Positions 26,511 through 30,103 of a stretch of 30,103 nucleotides of DNA are shown here, piece by piece. The stretch lies in contig JBNPEG010000255.1 of the NCBI GenBank assembly GCA_051117555.1, positions 1-30,103 of the forward strand. Direction: 5' to 3'. The notes below the pieces were generated by a model, which saw nothing but the letters and a program-made list of their open reading frames with translations, had not been told where the DNA came from and ran no database searches. The position numbers and the translations under genes are program-made. How positions within the stretch are numbered: position 1 is the first letter of the stretch; every line of letters starts with the position of its first letter. This stretch comes from Elainellaceae cyanobacterium (lineage in GTDB: Bacteria > Cyanobacteriota > Cyanobacteriia > CAZCXK01).

Positions 26511-28439
26511 TTAAGGGCGAGTGAAATTAGAAGCAGGTTGAAAGTTTTCCACGGGAACGTCTTCCAATGCGGCATTCATAAAGTCGCTCCAGATGGGAGC
26601 AACGTACCCGCCACCCGTTGCGCCACGTCGTAGCGGACGATAATCATCATTTCCGACCCAAATCGCCACCGAGAGCTGAGGGACGTAGCCGATAAACCAA
26701 ATGTCCCGCTCTGATGAGGTCGTTCCCGTTTTACCCGCAGCCGGGCGATCGAGCTTAGCTGCTGTTCCAGTTCCGTTGTTAATCACCTCTTGAAGCATGT
26801 CATTGAGAGAGGCTACCGCCCACGGATCAAGCGCAAGCTGAAGTTGGGGCGTATTGTCTAACAAGACATGCCCAGAGCTATCGGTCACATGAACGATAAA
26901 TGTCGTGTCGGATTGCCACCCTCCATTAGCAAACGTCGCGTAAGCTCCCGCCATTTCCATCGGGCTTAAATCGACAGCGCCGAGCGGCAGCGATGTGACC
27001 GGCTCAATCGGACTTGTAATGCCCAGGGTGCGGCAGACCTCAATGACTCGATTGAGCCCCACTGCTTGACCGAGCTTGACGGCAGGCACATTTCGAGAAA
27101 GTGAGAGGGCGCGTCTCAAGCTCATAGAACCATAAAATCGACCGTCATAGTTCCGAGGCGAATAGGTTTTGTAGCCATCTGGGTAGCTAACCGGGCTGTC
27201 TTCGATGGTGGAGCTCGGCGTATATTTGCCGGATGCAAGAGCTGCGTAATATACAAATGGCTTAAACGCTGAGCCAGGTTGCCGTCGAGACTGAATCGCC
27301 CGATTATATTGGCTAATATTGTAATCGACCCCGCCAGCCATCGCTTTAACAAAATGGGTTCGAGGATCGACTGCGACCAGCGCCATCTGATCCGCACTCA
27401 ACCCGCGTTGAATGAGCTGCTGGTGACCTTGCTTGAGAGTCGCTTCTGCCAACCGCTGCATCTCAAGGTCGATGGTCGTCTGCACGCGCATCCCGCCTTT
27501 GATCACAGCTTCTTGACCAAAGCGATCGTTAAGTTCTTGGACGACCGCCTCAGTGACATAGGGCGCTTGGCTAGTCCGAAATGACGTAATCTGACCCAAA
27601 CGAATGGGCTCTTGTTTAGCAGCAGCAGCTTCTTCTGCCGTAACCCAATTGATTTGCCGCAACCGATCCAACACGATCGCCTGTCTCTGTTTGGCGAGCT
27701 CATAATTTACAAACGGACTGTAGTCTTCCGGAGCTTGAATCAGCCCCGCCATCATTGCAGATTCAGCGAGCGACAGATCGTGTGCCGATTTGTTGAAATA
27801 GCTTTGGGCGGCTGTCTCAACCCCGTAGGTGTTATGTCCCCAATACACCTGATTGAGGTACATTTCTAAGACCTCGTCCTTCGTGAAAATTTGCTCTAGC
27901 CGCAGCGCCAAGACAGCCTCTGCAACCTTACGGCTCATCGATCGCTCAGGGTTTAAGAACAGATTTTTCACCAACTGCATGGTCAGAGTTGAGCCGCCCT
28001 GGACAGTTTCTCCTTCTTCAAGATTGGCGAGAAACGCTCTGGCAATACTTGTCGGGTTGATGCCGTGATGCGAAAAAAATCGGCTGTCTTCAATAGCAAG
28101 CACCGCCCGTTTGAGATGGGGAGACACTTCATCGAGTTCGACCACCTCCCGATTGACCTCATCGTGGATGCTGTCGAGTAGCGTGCCGTCAACGTCATAA
28201 ATGTAGCTAGTTTCTGACGGAATATAGTTTCGCAGCACACGTACGTCAGGGAGATTGCGAAAGCTAATTGCCAGCCCAACCAATCCCCCCGCAACAACCG
28301 AGCTCGACAGCATCGTCACGCCAAGAATGGTTCCAGCAGTGACTTGACCAACCGACTGAACAAACTGCAAAACGGGGGGCAGCGTTTTTTTCTGCCGCCG
28401 ATTCGCTAATTTTTTTTGTCGAACCGTGTTGGATGACAC
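26511..28439 (-). CDS. Class A penicillin-binding protein (PBP1A-type transglycosylase-transpeptidase)
   Basis: Transglycosylase motifs EDSRF, GGSTLTMQLVKN, RKVAE, YLNQVYWG. Transpeptidase motifs SAFK (SxxK), SRN, KTGT. One N-terminal TM. GTG at 28439 (VSSNTVRQKK) is the likely start. Confidence 0.95.
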   Translation of the reverse strand: MSSNTVRQKKLANRRQKKTLPPVLQFVQSVGQVTAGTILGVTMLSSSVVAGGLVGLAISFRNLPDVRVLRNYIPSETSYIYDVDGTLLDSIHDEVNREVVELDEVSPHLKRAVLAIEDSRFFSHHGINPTSIARAFLANLEEGETVQGGSTLTMQLVKNLFLNPERSMSRKVAEAVLALRLEQIFTKDEVLEMYLNQVYWGHNTYGVETAAQSYFNKSAHDLSLAESAMMAGLIQAPEDYSPFVNYELAKQRQAIVLDRLRQINWVTAEEAAAAKQEPIRLGQITSFRTSQAPYVTEAVVQELNDRFGQEAVIKGGMRVQTTIDLEMQRLAEATLKQGHQQLIQRGLSADQMALVAVDPRTHFVKAMAGGVDYNISQYNRAIQSRRQPGSAFKPFVYYAALASGKYTPSSTIEDSPVSYPDGYKTYSPRNYDGRFYGSMSLRRALSLSRNVPAVKLGQAVGLNRVIEVCRTLGITSPIEPVTSLPLGAVDLSPMEMAGAYATFANGGWQSDTTFIVHVTDSSGHVLLDNTPQLQLALDPWAVASLNDMLQEVINNGTGTAAKLDRPAAGKTGTTSSERDIWFIGYVPQLSVAIWVGNDDYRPLRRGATGGGYVAPIWSDFMNAALEDVPVENFQPASNFTRP

Positions 28440-28888
28440 AATAGTTCTCGCTTTGGTAACAAACTGGGTCAGTAAATTTAAATTTGGATGATGTAGAAAC
28501 AGCTTGGAACGTCCAAGATAACGCGATTGATGAGGTTTATCCAAATAGGTTTGCCAAATCGGCTTACCTGTCAGGCCGTGATTGACAGGTCGGGATTGGA
28601 TCGATAGTTATTAATACCTGTTGGGATTGAGGTTAAATATGCCGATTGCCGAGAATTTTTCTGGAATCTCTTCTAGAATTTTTCCTGAAAATTTTTCCTG
28701 AAACTATTCTGGGGCTTCTTGAACGATTCAATCTCTCGCTATGATACTCAGGGACTCGACATTAAATACTATCTATAGGGAAGACTGCAACTCTCTCAAG
28801 GAAAATCTCCACGCTTTATGCTGGATATGCCTTCAATTCAGTAAGTTTAGCGAATTTTATTCCAATTCTGTTCCGTTTTCTACAAAAC

Positions 28889-30103
28889 ATGGTTTCTGCT
28901 CAAACGTCAAATTCAGACTTATCTTACGAATGGCTCTATCGGGGAACTCATGAGATTTTTCCACACCAGCCTGAGTCTAAAAATCCAGATGAGAATTTGG
29001 TTCAGCGCATCCTGACGAGCGATCGCCCCTTACGCATCAAGTTTGGCATCGACCCAACTGGAGCCGAAATTCATTTGGGGCATAGTATAGTCTTCCGCAA
29101 GTTGAGAGCATTTCAGGATGCAGGGCACACCGCCGTGCTGCTGATTGGTGATTTTACAGCCCGCATCGGTGATCCGACGGGGAAATCGGAAGTTCGTAAA
29201 CAATTGACGGAGGAGGACGTAGCGCGAAATGCCCAGACCTATCTCGACCAAGTCCGCCCGATTTTAGACTTTGACACGCCGGGGCGCTTAGAAATTCGTT
29301 ACAACTCGGAGTGGCTTTCTAAACTCGATTTAGCCGAAATTATTGACCTTCTAGCCAGAATGACCGTCGGGCAAATGCTGGCCAAGGAAGGATTTGCGGA
29401 ACGCTACGGAAACGAAAATCCAATTTATCTTCACGAATTCCTGTATCCGTTAATGCAAGGGTACGATTCGGTGGCGCTACAGGCTGATGTGGAACTAGGA
29501 GGAACTGACCAAAAATTTAATTTAGCGGTCGGGCGTGACTTGCAGCGGCACTTCGGTCAACGCCCTCAGTTTGGTTTGCTCATGCCCATTTTGTTGGGCA
29601 CAGATGGCGTTCAGAAAATGTCGAAGTCGCTAGGTAATTATGTGGGGTTGAGGGAGGATGCCCTCTCCATGTATTCGAAATTAGAAAAAACGCCCGATTC
29701 GGTTATCGAATCATACTTTGAGCTGTTAACAGATTTACCGTTAGCCCAATTGCCAGAGAACCCGCGCGATCGCCAAAAGCTGTTAGCGCTTGATGTGGTC
29801 ACTCAATATCGAGGACAGGATGCGGCTCTAGACGCTCAAAAAGCCGCTCTTAACCTAGTCCAGGGGGATGCTGCCCAGGCCGAGGCAGTGCCTGAATTTT
29901 CGTTATCCGATGTCGAGTTTCCGGCCAAGCTGTTTTACATCTTGGGAGCCAGTGGTTTGTGTAAGAGCGGGGGCGAAGGGCGGCGGCAGATTCAGGGCGG
30001 AGCAGTTCGTTTAGATGGCGATCGCATTCAAGATCCCAACCTCACCCTCAATAACCCCGATGCCTTGCATGGAAAAGTTCTCCAAGTCGGCAAGAAAAAA
30101 TTT
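28889..30103 (+). CDS. tyrS: Tyrosine--tRNA ligase (runs off the window end; missing from the ORF track)
   Basis: Manual translation from ATG 28889: MVSAQ...[11 protein letters not shown]...[17 protein letters not shown] (HIGH), [26 protein letters not shown]4-like tail ...[11 protein letters not shown] at the window edge. Confidence 0.97.
   Translation, partial: MVSAQTSNSDLSYEWLYRGTHEIFPHQPESKNPDENLVQRILTSDRPLRIKFGIDPTGAEIHLGHSIVFRKLRAFQDAGHTAVLLIGDFTARIGDPTGKSEVRKQLTEEDVARNAQTYLDQVRPILDFDTPGRLEIRYNSEWLSKLDLAEIIDLLARMTVGQMLAKEGFAERYGNENPIYLHEFLYPLMQGYDSVALQADVELGGTDQKFNLAVGRDLQRHFGQRPQFGLLMPILLGTDGVQKMSKSLGNYVGLREDALSMYSKLEKTPDSVIESYFELLTDLPLAQLPENPRDRQKLLALDVVTQYRGQDAALDAQKAALNLVQGDAAQAEAVPEFSLSDVEFPAKLFYILGASGLCKSGGEGRRQIQGGAVRLDGDRIQDPNLTLNNPDALHGKVLQVGKKKF

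Larger units (their letters stand above)
145..30025. repeat. HIP1 octamer (GCGATCGC) dispersed through the window
   Basis: About 45 copies by eye (e.g. 145, 749, 3572, 4971, 9460, overlapping pair at 24723-24736, 30018); a cyanobacterial hallmark. Confidence 0.95.

Noticed and set aside
28440..28544. N-terminal extensions given by the ORF track (PBP, and likewise selD 4842, pentapeptide 19116, hpsC 15521)
   Set aside because: Downstream starts have better RBS or family-typical N-termini; the extensions look non-coding.
28741..29251. Short ORFs 28741-28953 (+) and 29030-29251 (-)
   Set aside because: They overlap tyrS, which the ORF track missed because it has no stop codon inside the window.

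Overview
Chromosomal window from a cyanobacterium, most likely a filamentous one. The evidence is roughly 45 HIP1 octamers (GCGATCGC, counted by eye), heptamer STRR-type repeats and cyanobacterial gene families. From left to right it holds: a 46-aa membrane microprotein, rlmH, a small hypothetical, a serine hydrolase and GT1 glycosyltransferase pair, an Rpn/DUF2887 nuclease, and a selenium/RNA-modification cluster (NADH-dehydrogenase-like::SelD fusion, selU/mnmH, RsmB/RsmF-type methyltransferase). Next come a 735-bp structured intergenic region, an hps-like type IV minor-pilin operon (1544-aa HpsA plus three prepilins) with an M23 peptidase, and a pentapeptide-repeat gene with a REP-rich upstream region. 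The right end carries a YyaL/DUF255 protein, an Omp85 paralogue, a hypothetical, pyrF, DUF1825, a class A PBP and a 3'-truncated tyrS. No tRNA, rRNA, CRISPR array or intact IS was seen. Most notable: a likely nested antitoxin gene inside Rpn, a perfect NtcA-type box between a small ORF and selD-selU, an in-frame TGA-ATG junction between the hydrolase and the GT, HpsA as a giant PilX/K-like pilin, and a direct-repeat-flanked hairpin element at about 19.2-19.4 kb. All family assignments come from motif recognition by eye; no database searches were run.
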